From positions 2,688,001-2,752,000 of the forward strand of contig OZ244937.1 in assembly GCA_965222075.1 (NCBI GenBank): a stretch of DNA of 64,000 nt. Reading direction: 5' to 3'. Source of the stretch: Candidatus Latescibacterota bacterium (GTDB taxonomy: Bacteria; Latescibacterota; UBA2968; GCA-2709665). Below the pieces are notes generated by a model. That model saw only the letters and a list, made by a program, of their open reading frames with translations, ran no database searches and had not been told where the DNA came from. Below, piece by piece: positions 38,041 through 47,611 of this stretch. The position numbers and the translations under genes are program-made. Every line of letters starts with the position of its first letter. Positions within the stretch are counted from its first letter, which is position 1.

Positions 38041-40011
38041 CTATTCCAAGTGGGTAAAAGAGACCCTATCCTCCCAGGGATCACAGCGGCTCAGGCGAAG
38101 CGTAAGGGCCTCCTCCGGCTCTACTGGACGGCTTGGCTTTACTTCGGCCCGAAACCCGTACTCCAGAACCTCGGCATAAAACCCTCGCTCCCACGTCTCC
38201 AGCACCACCGCTTCAAAGTCCTGTCCCACAAAGTCCTCTAAGTATTTGAAGAGCCAGTACCGCTCCCTGCGCCGCTCCAACCGGTTGATCTCACGCACGC
38301 GCTCTCCCGCCTGGAAGAGCACCTCCTGCATGCCCTCCGCATCGTAGGGCAACGGTTCACCCAGCAAAAAGGCCACAACCTGGCGCTGCACCGCCAGATC
38401 GACATAGCGCCGCAAAGGAGAAGACGCCTGGCAGTAAGGCTCCACGCCCAGCCCGCCGTGTGTGCCGGGTTCCAAGCCCATCGTGGCCGGGGGCATCCGG
38501 CGCAAGATCCGGTACCGCTGCACGATTTCGGACGCCGCATCCTGCAAGTCCGACAGGTCCGGCCCCTGCTGCGTTCGGTACACAATCGGGATCTGCCGGT
38601 CCCGGCAAAACTGCGCAACCGCCACATTGGCCATCACCATCAACTCGCTCACCAGCATATTGGACCGGGAGTCCCGGTGCCGCATCGACACCTGAATCTC
38701 ACCCTCCGGCGTCACTCGAATCTGGCGTTCGGCGTGTTCCAGCGCAACCGCCCCCGCATGCATACGCTCCACCCAGTGCGCCTCGGCCACCCGATGGAGT
38801 GCCGATAAGGACGCGTGGAGGGGATGGGACGGATCGTCCAGGATGGCATCCGCCCGGTCGTAGGTCAGCTTCTCCCTGCAGCAGATCACCGACGGCGCAA
38901 TCTCGGCCCCTCCAACCGATCCATCCGCCGCCACATCGAAGCACAGGCTCAGAGCCAGTCGGGGCGCATCAGGGCAGAGGCTCCCCAGCGCTTCGGAAAT
39001 CTCCGGAGGAAACATCGGGATCTTGCATTCTGGAAAATACAGACTCGAAACCCGGCCGGCCGCTTCCCGATCCAGTTTGGACCCGGCCGGGATCAGCGCC
39101 GCCACATCGGTAATATGAACCCCCACCTGGCACGTCCCATCTTCCCGCAGCACCACCGAAACCCCATCGTCCATATCGGTCGTAAGCGCATCGTCGATCG
39201 TAAAAACGGACAGCCCGGTCAGGTCCTGGCGCCGGCCGTCTTCCAACAAAGGGTCCAGCTCCACCCTCCCCGCCGCCCTGAGTACCACCTCTGGAAAGTC
39301 CACCGGGACGTCTTCCCGGATCAGGTCCAGATGTTCGTTCTCATCCCAGACCTCCAGCTCCACCATCCGGTCGAAGGCCCGGCGCCGGTCCGCCTGCCGT
39401 CCCGACATCCGTTCCACCCACCGGGCGTGGGCGCTGTTTTCCCCGTACAGAGCACAATCCTTCAGACGGTCTACCCAGGAGGCCAGATACAAAGATAAAT
39501 CCTCAATCTCCTCTCCCTCTAAGAACCACCTCTGAAACAGCGCCTGCTCCTTTGCCCGTGCCTGCGCCCGGGCCTCCGCCTCCTGCGCCTCGGCCACCTC
39601 CGCCTCGGTCATCGGGCGGTAGGTCTCCCCGTTTGCCTCAAAATAGGGACACGCCTCCAAATGCACCAGAAGCGCTGCCAGCCGGTCCGGCCTCACCCCA
39701 TCTTCAAAATAGAAATCCCCTAATTCCTCCACCCCCCAGCTCTCCCCTTCGTCCCGCACCAGATCCCAGACCTCCTCCAGGTCCATCTCCGCACTCCTGG
39801 CCGCTGCCTGCTCCCACCAGGCCGCTGCCTCCCGGTCTCCGCCAACCTCCCCTGTTGCCAGCAGCACATTCTCCACCGGCACGTTCACCGTCCCCTGGGC
39901 CGGCGTGGCAAACCGCGCTTTCCCCCGCCCCACGGAGAGGCAGACCCCCGCCAGCAGACGGTTTCGGTGCCTGAAAAAGGCAACTTCGTTCTCTTTAAGG
40001 ACAGCCCCCAT
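38041..40011 (-). CDS. RNB-domain exoribonuclease (RNase II-like)
   Basis: FTIDDALTTDMDDGVS, VHITDV, SELMVMAN, SSPLRRYVDL, C-terminal S1-like region. Confidence 0.88.
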   Translation of the reverse strand: MGAVLKENEVAFFRHRNRLLAGVCLSVGRGKARFATPAQGTVNVPVENVLLATGEVGGDREAAAWWEQAAARSAEMDLEEVWDLVRDEGESWGVEELGDFYFEDGVRPDRLAALLVHLEACPYFEANGETYRPMTEAEVAEAQEAEARAQARAKEQALFQRWFLEGEEIEDLSLYLASWVDRLKDCALYGENSAHARWVERMSGRQADRRRAFDRMVELEVWDENEHLDLIREDVPVDFPEVVLRAAGRVELDPLLEDGRRQDLTGLSVFTIDDALTTDMDDGVSVVLREDGTCQVGVHITDVAALIPAGSKLDREAAGRVSSLYFPECKIPMFPPEISEALGSLCPDAPRLALSLCFDVAADGSVGGAEIAPSVICCREKLTYDRADAILDDPSHPLHASLSALHRVAEAHWVERMHAGAVALEHAERQIRVTPEGEIQVSMRHRDSRSNMLVSELMVMANVAVAQFCRDRQIPIVYRTQQGPDLSDLQDAASEIVQRYRILRRMPPATMGLEPGTHGGLGVEPYCQASSPLRRYVDLAVQRQVVAFLLGEPLPYDAEGMQEVLFQAGERVREINRLERRRERYWLFKYLEDFVGQDFEAVVLETWERGFYAEVLEYGFRAEVKPSRPVEPEEALTLRLSRCDPWEDRVSFTHLE

Positions 40012-40018
40012 ATCGATA

Positions 40019-40399
40019 TCAACCCGGCTTCCGGGCCACCACGTCGATCTCCACCAGGATGCCCGGCAGCACCGACTGGACCGTGGTTCGCGCCGGGCGA
40101 ACCCCCTTGAAAAATTCCGAATAGACCTTGTTAAACTCGTCGAAATCCCCGATATCCGCAAGGTGGCAGGTGCTCTTCACCACATCGTCCACCGAACACC
40201 CCGCCCCGGTCAATACCTTCCGGATGTGTTCCAGCGTAACGCGCGTCTGCGTCTCGATATCCTCCCCGACCACCTCGCCCGTCGCCATATCCAGCGGCCC
40301 GTGCCCGCTCACGTAGACCCAGCCGTCGACCTCCACAGCGGCGGAATACGCCCCGGTATCCACTTGCTTCTCCGGATGTTTGACCTCACGTTTGGCCAT
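40019..40399 (-). CDS. RidA/YjgF family protein
   Basis: GAYSAAV, VSGHGP, FNKVYSEFF...PARTTV, VEID. Confidence 0.9.
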   Translation of the reverse strand: MAKREVKHPEKQVDTGAYSAAVEVDGWVYVSGHGPLDMATGEVVGEDIETQTRVTLEHIRKVLTGAGCSVDDVVKSTCHLADIGDFDEFNKVYSEFFKGVRPARTTVQSVLPGILVEIDVVARKPG

Positions 40400-40537
40400 G
40401 TTGGCTCCCCTCGTCAATGGTTCAAAAGTACCCGCGCATGTCTGTTGAACAATATATCAAATTCCACAACCTGAAGCCAGTCTGTTCTTCACCCCATACA
40501 CCTCTGCTCCTGGGGAATGATATACAATCGTAACCAC

Positions 40538-40586
40538 AAAAAAAACCGCACAGAACAAGGACTGGGGTCCTCCTTGTCCCGTGCGG
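40538..40586 (-). terminator. Intrinsic terminator (minus strand)
   Basis: CCGCACGGGACAAGGA / TCCTTGTTCTGTGCGG stem followed by T8 on the minus strand. Confidence 0.7.
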
Positions 40587-40695
40587 ATAGACGCCCCTCC
40601 TGAATTTGGGATTACAGGGGGAATTCCTATCGGTATCCATCCCTAAGCACCTGCTGCTTAGAAAATAACCTTTCGGTAGATACCCGGGTGCAACT

Positions 40696-40885
40696 GTTCT
40701 TTTGCTCTTGGCCTTTTTCTTGCGCGCCCAAGAAAAAGGCCCAAAAAGAAGGGCGCCGCTCAAGCGCCGCGGGGGCTGCTTTTCCGCGAATTGCCCCCGG
40801 GGTGGAAGCAGAGGCTTCTGCCCTGCGGACCTTTGGGGCGTTCCTGGGCGAAGGCGCTGGAGGAAACCGCGCGGAAAAGCCCCTT
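40696..40885. repeat. Long palindrome-rich dispersed repeat (~190 bp)
   Basis: Similar to 62101-62313; core hairpin GGCCTTTTTCTTG-CGCGCC-CAAGAAAAAGGCC. Confidence 0.85.
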
Positions 40886-41032
40886 CACTCCGCCCCAAAG
40901 GCGCGGGAGGCGAAATCTGTCAACGCAACGATTTTCATCATCATGGGTGCCCCAGAGGGCGCATGACAACTGCTTGTGAACCAGGCTCAAGGGGGGGTGG
41001 ATCGGCTCTGCGCTCAGGGGGACATTGAACCG

Positions 41033-42217
41033 TTATTCAGCTTGAAATGCGGTTTCGACAGAAAGGGTAGCAAGCGCCTCCCCAACCAGGCGTGCCGCAT
41101 TCCGGATATCCTCGGGGGAGGTGAACCGGCCAAAGCTGAAGCGGATGGAAGCATCGCTTTGTGTTGTCGTCAGGCCGAGTGCGCGAAGTACGTGCGATGG
41201 CTCGGGAATGCCAGACGCGCACGCCGCGCCGGTGGATGCGGCGAGCCGAGGCTGAAGAACGCCAAGGATGTCCTGCGCATCAAAGCCGTCAAAGCAGATG
41301 TTGGCGTTTCCCGGATGGCGCCGATCGCCGATCGTTCCGTTGACGGTGACCGGCGGATTCCCACTTTGGAGCAGACGAACAAATGTGTCGCGTTGGCGAG
41401 CGATCCGTGTGCGTTCCTCGACCGCTTTCTCGTCGGCAATGATCTCGGCAGCCGTTGCCATACCGACGCAAAGCGGCATCGGGACGGTACCGGAACGCAG
41501 ACCGTCTTGCTGCCCGCCACCATAGATCAAGGGCTCGATTGACGCTTTGATATCACGGCGGATGTACAATGCACCGATGCCCTGTGGACCGTACATCTTG
41601 TGCCCTGAAAGGCTGATCAGGTCGGCGTGCGTGGCAAGATCACCCATCTCCATGGCACAAGGCGCTTGCGCTGCATCGCAGTGAAACAGGATGCCGTGAG
41701 GCGCGAGCAGTTCGGCAATCCGCGGGATGTCCTGAATGGTCCCAACTTCATTGTTAACAGCCATTACGGAAAGTAGAAGAGCATCTCCGTCCAGGCGCTT
41801 TTCCAGGGCGTCGAAGTCGATAAATCCCTCCCGGTCCACTCCAATGGTCTCAACGGTGAAACCTTCGCGTTCGGACAACGCGCGCGCTGCCGCTAAGACA
41901 CATTTGTGCTCGATTGCGCTGACCAAAATACGCCGACGGTTGCCCGGCGCGCGGCGTGCAAGGCCGAGCAACGCGAGGTTGTTGGCTTCAGTGGCGCCGG
42001 AGGTGAAGATCACTTCATCGCCGTCGGCGCCTATCAATGCGGCTACGGATGCGGCTGCTTCGCGGACCGCCTTATCGGCTCGCCATCCGAGGACATGATC
42101 AATCGAGTGGGGATTGCCGAACGATCTGCCCCAACAGGGGGCCATCTTTGTCAAGACATGCGGATCAACCGGCGTGGTCGCCTGATAGTCTGCGTAGATG
42201 GTTTCTCGGTTGTCCAT
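41033..42217 (-). CDS. sspA: Cysteine desulfurase, SspA/DndA-like
   Basis: YADYQATTP, FTSGATEANN, IEHKCV, HCDAAQA, SGHKMYGPQGIG, STGAACASG; divergent from the DUF4007-like gene. Confidence 0.85.
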   Translation of the reverse strand: MDNRETIYADYQATTPVDPHVLTKMAPCWGRSFGNPHSIDHVLGWRADKAVREAAASVAALIGADGDEVIFTSGATEANNLALLGLARRAPGNRRRILVSAIEHKCVLAAARALSEREGFTVETIGVDREGFIDFDALEKRLDGDALLLSVMAVNNEVGTIQDIPRIAELLAPHGILFHCDAAQAPCAMEMGDLATHADLISLSGHKMYGPQGIGALYIRRDIKASIEPLIYGGGQQDGLRSGTVPMPLCVGMATAAEIIADEKAVEERTRIARQRDTFVRLLQSGNPPVTVNGTIGDRRHPGNANICFDGFDAQDILGVLQPRLAASTGAACASGIPEPSHVLRALGLTTTQSDASIRFSFGRFTSPEDIRNAARLVGEALATLSVETAFQAE

Positions 42218-42386
42218 GCTTAGCTCATTTATCATATTTCCAAAATAAAAACAAATACTTATTCCAATAGTATCAGACTTCACCTCTCATTCATATAGCT
42301 ACCGGAGCTTGTCTCCAGTTTGCCATTGACAATACCGAAAAATATCCGTATTGTCAAGCTGGACGTTCCATCCAGGCGGAGAGACA

Positions 42387-43352
42387 ATGCTACGAGGCCC
42401 CCTCTACAAAGACGGTTACCAACCGCAGCTATCCGGGCACGAGACGTTTCCGCTCCGATATGGGTGGCTGAAGAAGGCGTTTGATGCGGTGAAGCGGACC
42501 GAAGACGGCACCGACAACCGAGGCGTCTTCACCGGTGACGACGCGATAACCCGTTTCGGCGTTGGCAGAAACATGGTTGCTTCAATACGCCATTGGGCGA
42601 TTGTTTCCGGGGTCATCGAAGAGGTTTCTGGCGAACGACGAATCCGTTGTACGAAATTCGGCGACATGCTATTCGGTGAGGGCAGGCTAGATCCATATAT
42701 GGAGAACCCTGCGACCTCGTGGCACATCCATTGGCGTCTTTGCGGTCGGGCTGAAAAGACGACGTGGTTCTGGGCATTCAACCACTTCCCCGCGCTCTTA
42801 TTCGAACGTGATATGCTGGTCCGAGGCGTCGCCAAGCTGGCAGATGAGAGAGAGTGGACGCGGTCGTCTATGGCTACAATCAGACGCGACGTGTCCTGTT
42901 TTGTGCGCACCTACGTCGCACAGCCTGTGTCGCGGCACGCGAGCTACGAGGACGCTCTCGAATCGCCCCTTACGGAACTCGGTCTTATCAAGCCTATTGG
43001 CCGTCGCGACGGCTTCAGGTTCGTTCGTGGCCCAAAACCGTCGCTTGGCACCGGCGTATTCTCCTGTGCCGTGACCGACTTCTGGTCCCGTTTTTCGAGA
43101 TTTACGAACACCCTATCCTTCGAAGCACTGTCGCACGAGCCCGGCTCACCGGGCAGGGTTTTTCTCCTGGACGAAAATGATCTCGTCGACCTCTTAGGGA
43201 AGATGGAATCTCTTACTGAGGGGATCTACCGGTGGTCAGAGACCGCCGGCCTGAAGCAGTTCATCCAGGAACGCGCACTCACGACCGAGGAAACCTTGAA
43301 CCTGATGGCGGTGGACTACAACGGCTCACATCGGGAGGAGGGGCCTACGTGA
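42387..43352 (+). CDS. sspB: DUF4007 family protein, SspB-like
   Basis: SGHETFPLRYGWLKK, FGVGRNMVASIRHW, DPYMENP..WHIHW, SPLTELGLI, SPGRVFLL, ETAGL. Confidence 0.85.
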   Translation: MLRGPLYKDGYQPQLSGHETFPLRYGWLKKAFDAVKRTEDGTDNRGVFTGDDAITRFGVGRNMVASIRHWAIVSGVIEEVSGERRIRCTKFGDMLFGEGRLDPYMENPATSWHIHWRLCGRAEKTTWFWAFNHFPALLFERDMLVRGVAKLADEREWTRSSMATIRRDVSCFVRTYVAQPVSRHASYEDALESPLTELGLIKPIGRRDGFRFVRGPKPSLGTGVFSCAVTDFWSRFSRFTNTLSFEALSHEPGSPGRVFLLDENDLVDLLGKMESLTEGIYRWSETAGLKQFIQERALTTEETLNLMAVDYNGSHREEGPT

Positions 43353-46300
43353 AAGCCTTGGCTGATCGTGTGCAGATAAGCCGTCGCTTCCGGAGGTCTA
43401 TCCGCATCGACACGGACCTCTCTGATCCTACAGCTCTGACGGGTTTCATCTGTCCGCGGTCCTTCGCTGTGGTTCTCGAAAGAATGGCTCAGCAGGTCAG
43501 CCAAACGGGACAGGCTGCGTTCACGTGGACGGGGCCGTATGGTTCTGGCAAGTCCAGCCTCGTGGTTGCCCTCAGTGCGGCTCTGAATGGGAATGGCGAG
43601 CTTAGAAATTCGGCTGCGCAGATCCTCGGTGCCCAAACAGCGGAGGCCATCTGGACTGCCTTGCCTCCCCGAACGAAGGGTTGGCGTGTCCTGCCCGTCG
43701 TGGGGAGACGTGATCGACCCGCCCAAGTGGTCGGTGAGGCGATCGCGCGTGCCCGCCTCGTTCGGAATAGCCGGGTTGAGCCGTGGAGCGACAAGGCTGT
43801 CTATGACGTCCTATTGAAGGTCGCCCAAAGGACTCCCCGCACGTTCGGTGGTCTTGTCGTGTTCATCGACGAAATGGGGAAGTTGCTGGAAGGGGCCGCT
43901 TACGAGGGCACGGACATCTACTTCTTCCAGGAATTGGCGGAGATTGCCTCGCGCAGCAACAATCGGCTGATCGTCGTCGGGATTCTGCACCAAGCGTTTG
44001 AAGAGTACGCAAACCGGCTCTCACGTGAGGTGCGGGATGAGTGGGCAAAGGTCCAAGGGCGATTTATAGACTTACCGATCAATGTTGGGCCTGACGAGCA
44101 GCTGGAGCTCTTGGGACGGGCGATAGAGAGCGATCGAAAGCCTCGAAAGCCCAGTCGACTGGTCGAGGAGGTCGCCGCCCTTGCCCACAACAGCATCTCT
44201 CCCAAAAAGCTACAGAAATGCTGGCCGTTGCACCCTATCGTGGCTTGCTTGCTCGGTCCCATCTCCCGGCGGAGTTTCGGCCAGAATCAGCGCAGCATCT
44301 TCGGCTTTCTGAACTCGACAGAGCTGTTCGGATTCCAGGACTTCCTGAGAACTGCCACTGAGCGCGATCTGTACACACCCGAGCTGCTTTGGGATTACCT
44401 GCGGGTCAACCTGGAACCTTCCATTATGGCTTCTCCGGACGGCCACCGATGGGCGATGGCTGTGGATGCCCTGGATCGATGTCACGGGTCAGGCGGTGAT
44501 GAACTACAGATTCGATTGCTCAAGACGATCGGCCTGGTCGATCTGTTCCGAGAACGATCGGGTCTGGTGCCGAGTCTGGAACTTCTGATTCTGGCCCTTT
44601 GCGATCACAAAACTCCAGACATTCAGAAGGCCTTGGGGAAACTCAAGGACGCCTCGCTGGCGATCTACCGAAAGTTCAGCAATGGATACAGCATCTTCGA
44701 AGGAAGCGACTTTGATATCCGGCGATCGGTGGACGAGGCGTATGGAGAGATCGACCGGATCGACTACGTCCGCCTTTCGGCTCTGGCCGGACTTCAGCCG
44801 GTGATTGCCAAGCGACACTACCACGAAACGGGTGCTATCCGATGGTTCGATACCACAGTCGTTCCGTTGCGGGATCTGGAGGATGTCGCGGCCAACCGTG
44901 AGCTTAAGAATGGTGCAATCGGGTCCTTTTTTCTCGTGCTGCCCACGCCGGGCGATTCCCCCGAGACCGTCGAGCGAATTGCGGACCGCGCCGTGAGAGG
45001 AGCCGAGGGCGGCGACATCATCGTGGGCATTCCCCAACGTTCAACGTGGACGATCCTGACTTTGGCTCGAGAGCTGTTGGCCCTGGAGCATGTCCGGGAC
45101 AACACGCCCGAGCTTCGAGGGGACCGTGTCGGGCGCCGTGAAGTTGAAGACAGCATCGCAGACCTGCAGAGCCACATCGAGGTTGAACTGGACCGAGCCC
45201 TGGAGAATGCCCTATGGCGCGGCAAGGAACTTGAGGCACAGCGACTTGATCCGGCTGAACTGAACAGTCTCGTTTCTGATTTCGCGAACGCCCGATTCAA
45301 CAAAGCTCCTAAACTGCACAATGAACTGTTGAATCGAATCAAACCGTCCAGCAACGCGATCGCTGCACAGAATCTCCTTCTTCGACGTATGGCCCTCAAT
45401 GAAGGCGAAGAGCGTCTTGGCATCAAAGGCTTCCCGGCAGAGGGTGGCCTGTTCGCCTCGCTGCTGGAGGCCAGCGGCCTGTATCGCCGTTCGCCAGAGG
45501 GATGGCGATTTGTTGCGCCCACGCATGGTGATGACCCGTGCAACCTGGTACCCGCTTGGGAGGAGGCGGCGCAGTTCCTGGAAGCCGAATCCCACAGATC
45601 CGTATCGATTGCAGAAATTTACGATCTCTGGCGACAAGCTCCGTTCGGCATCAAGAACGGATTGCTGCCTATTCTGGCCTTCACGTTCACGCTCTCCAAA
45701 CGCGACGTCCTCGCGTTCTACCGGCAGGGCGTCTTCCAGGCTCGTTTTACAGATCTGGACACGGACCTTTTGGCCAAAAACCCAACTGACATCCAGGTTA
45801 GATGGATGGATTTGTCAGAGGTGTCGCGCTGGCTGCTTTCGGATATGGCAGATATCGTGCGGGATCTGGACGAAGAGAACACGCTGCCGAACCTGGAACC
45901 GATTGACATCGCGAGAGGGCTCGTGGCGATCTATGACCGGCTACCGCCGTGGGTCGGTCGGACGCAGCGCCTTTCGGCCAATGCCAAGCACATTCGACAG
46001 CTCCTGAAGCAAGCCAACGACCCAAATCGGTTGATCTTCGACGACATCCCCCACCTGCCTGCGCCGAGTTCTGCTCGGCAGGCAGGGGTGCTGAACGATG
46101 TTCAAGGTGTTGACGATGAGAAAGCTACCCGGCAGGTTGCAGGCCGGGTTCGCGAGGGCTTGACTGAGTTGCGGCAGGCCTATCCCACGATGCTCAACCG
46201 CATGCGGGAGACGATGCTCGCGGAACTGCAAGTGCCGAATGCCTCGCCATCGATGCTGGCCGAGTTGCGTGCGCGCGCCGACAACATCCGCGAGCTTGGC

Positions 46301-46777
46301 GGTGATCATCGCCTGGAGGCTTTTATCATTCGCCTTGCGCGGTTTGAAGGAAGCGACGAGGACATGGAGGGGTTGGCGGGCATGGCTGTCAACAAGCCCC
46401 CGCGGGATTGGGTTGATCCGGATATCGATCGCGCGGTGGTGGAGCTTGCCGGGATGGCCCAACGGTTTATTCGCGCCGAAGCGTTCGCCCGCGTCAAAGG
46501 CCGCCAGGACAAGCGGCACGCCATGGCCGTGATCGTCGGCATGGGCGGGCAGCCGAAGCTGGTCCATGACGAGTTCGAGATCACTGATCTGGATCAGCCT
46601 GCGGTAAGAGCGCTGATTGACCGCGTGGACAGGACACTGCGAAACAACGGTCAAGAGCGACGAAATATCATTCTTGCCGCCCTGGCCGAGTTGAGTGCTC
46701 AGTATCTGAATTCCGCCAGTACCACGAAACCGAAGGCATGTGCGAGGGGAGGGCAGGTAGGTGAACCAGGCGATTAG
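43349..46777 (+). CDS. sspC: Large P-loop ATPase, SspC-like
   Basis: RRFRRSIRID, Walker A GPYGSGKSS, Walker B FIDEMGK, WAKVQGRF, WPLHP, FGQNQRSIF; GTGA overlap with sspB. Confidence 0.8.
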   Translation: MKALADRVQISRRFRRSIRIDTDLSDPTALTGFICPRSFAVVLERMAQQVSQTGQAAFTWTGPYGSGKSSLVVALSAALNGNGELRNSAAQILGAQTAEAIWTALPPRTKGWRVLPVVGRRDRPAQVVGEAIARARLVRNSRVEPWSDKAVYDVLLKVAQRTPRTFGGLVVFIDEMGKLLEGAAYEGTDIYFFQELAEIASRSNNRLIVVGILHQAFEEYANRLSREVRDEWAKVQGRFIDLPINVGPDEQLELLGRAIESDRKPRKPSRLVEEVAALAHNSISPKKLQKCWPLHPIVACLLGPISRRSFGQNQRSIFGFLNSTELFGFQDFLRTATERDLYTPELLWDYLRVNLEPSIMASPDGHRWAMAVDALDRCHGSGGDELQIRLLKTIGLVDLFRERSGLVPSLELLILALCDHKTPDIQKALGKLKDASLAIYRKFSNGYSIFEGSDFDIRRSVDEAYGEIDRIDYVRLSALAGLQPVIAKRHYHETGAIRWFDTTVVPLRDLEDVAANRELKNGAIGSFFLVLPTPGDSPETVERIADRAVRGAEGGDIIVGIPQRSTWTILTLARELLALEHVRDNTPELRGDRVGRREVEDSIADLQSHIEVELDRALENALWRGKELEAQRLDPAELNSLVSDFANARFNKAPKLHNELLNRIKPSSNAIAAQNLLLRRMALNEGEERLGIKGFPAEGGLFASLLEASGLYRRSPEGWRFVAPTHGDDPCNLVPAWEEAAQFLEAESHRSVSIAEIYDLWRQAPFGIKNGLLPILAFTFTLSKRDVLAFYRQGVFQARFTDLDTDLLAKNPTDIQVRWMDLSEVSRWLLSDMADIVRDLDEENTLPNLEPIDIARGLVAIYDRLPPWVGRTQRLSANAKHIRQLLKQANDPNRLIFDDIPHLPAPSSARQAGVLNDVQGVDDEKATRQVAGRVREGLTELRQAYPTMLNRMRETMLAELQVPNASPSMLAELRARADNIRELGGDHRLEAFIIRLARFEGSDEDMEGLAGMAVNKPPRDWVDPDIDRAVVELAGMAQRFIRAEAFARVKGRQDKRHAMAVIVGMGGQPKLVHDEFEITDLDQPAVRALIDRVDRTLRNNGQERRNIILAALAELSAQYLNSASTTKPKACARGGQVGEPGD
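46054..46086. repeat. Micro-palindrome copy 5 (33 bp, in-frame in the SspC-like ATPase)
   Basis: CCTGCCTGCGCCGAGTTCTGCTCGGCAGGCAGG; removal gives DDIPQVLND. Confidence 0.8.
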
Positions 46778-47595
46778 AGAAATGCACGTTCTGGGCCTGT
46801 CGGGCGGTCGCGACAGTGCGGCGTTAGCCGTGTACATGCGGCAGAACTATCCCGAGCTGGATATCGACTATTTCTTCACCGATACCGGCAAGGAACTGCC
46901 GGAGGTCTACGAGTTTCTGGTCAAGCTCGAAGGATTTCTGGGTAAGCCCATCGTGCGGCTGAATCCCGATCGTGACTTTGACTTTTGGCTGAAGCAGTAC
47001 AACAACTTCCTGCCGTCGCCGCAGGCACGCTGGTGCACGCGACAGCTCAAGCTCCGCCCTTTCGAACAGTGGATCCGGCCAACTCTTGACAGTGGCGTAA
47101 CCGTTTATAGCTACGTCGCCATTCGGGCGGACGAGGAGTACCGCGAAGGCTATTCGTCCAAACACGACGCTCTTGTCGTGCGGCTTCCGTTCAAAGATGC
47201 CGGCATCGATAAGGCAGGGGTGCTGGAGATTCTGGAGGGTGCGGGATTGGGGCTGCCGAGATACTACGAGTGGCGCACTCGAAGCGGCTGCACCTTTTGC
47301 TTCTTCCAGCAGAAGATCGAATGGGTGCGGCTGATGGAGCAGCATCCCGAATATTTCGAGGAGGCCAAGCGCTACGAGAAGAACGCCGTCGAGCACGGCT
47401 CGCCGTTCACGTGGAGTCAGGGAGAGTCATTAGACGACCTTTCCAAACCTGACAGGGTGGCACAGATCAGAGCAGAGTCGCTTGGAGCGCGCGCGCGCCA
47501 AGCACCATCCTAATCCTCTCCGGCCCGATATGGAGCCTATCGACGTTGATGACCTCTACGGACAGGCGAAGGTCTGTCTGGCGTGTCACAAGTAA
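46761..47595 (+). CDS. sspD: PAPS reductase family protein, SspD-like, frameshifted near 47478
   Basis: LSGGRDS, DTGKELPE, RWCTRQLK, RSGCTFCFFQ; main frame stops at 47513, and the +1 frame continues RLERARAKHHPNPLRPDMEPIDVDDLYGQAKVCLACHK to TAA 47595. Confidence 0.8.
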
Positions 47596-47611
47596 AATCT
47601 TAGAAGCCGTT

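Noticed and set aside
41033-47595. BREX type 4 or classical dndABCDE
   Set aside because: No PglZ, BrxL, SMC-like DndD or DndE is recognisable; separate DUF4007, ATPase and PAPS reductase genes fit sspBCD better.
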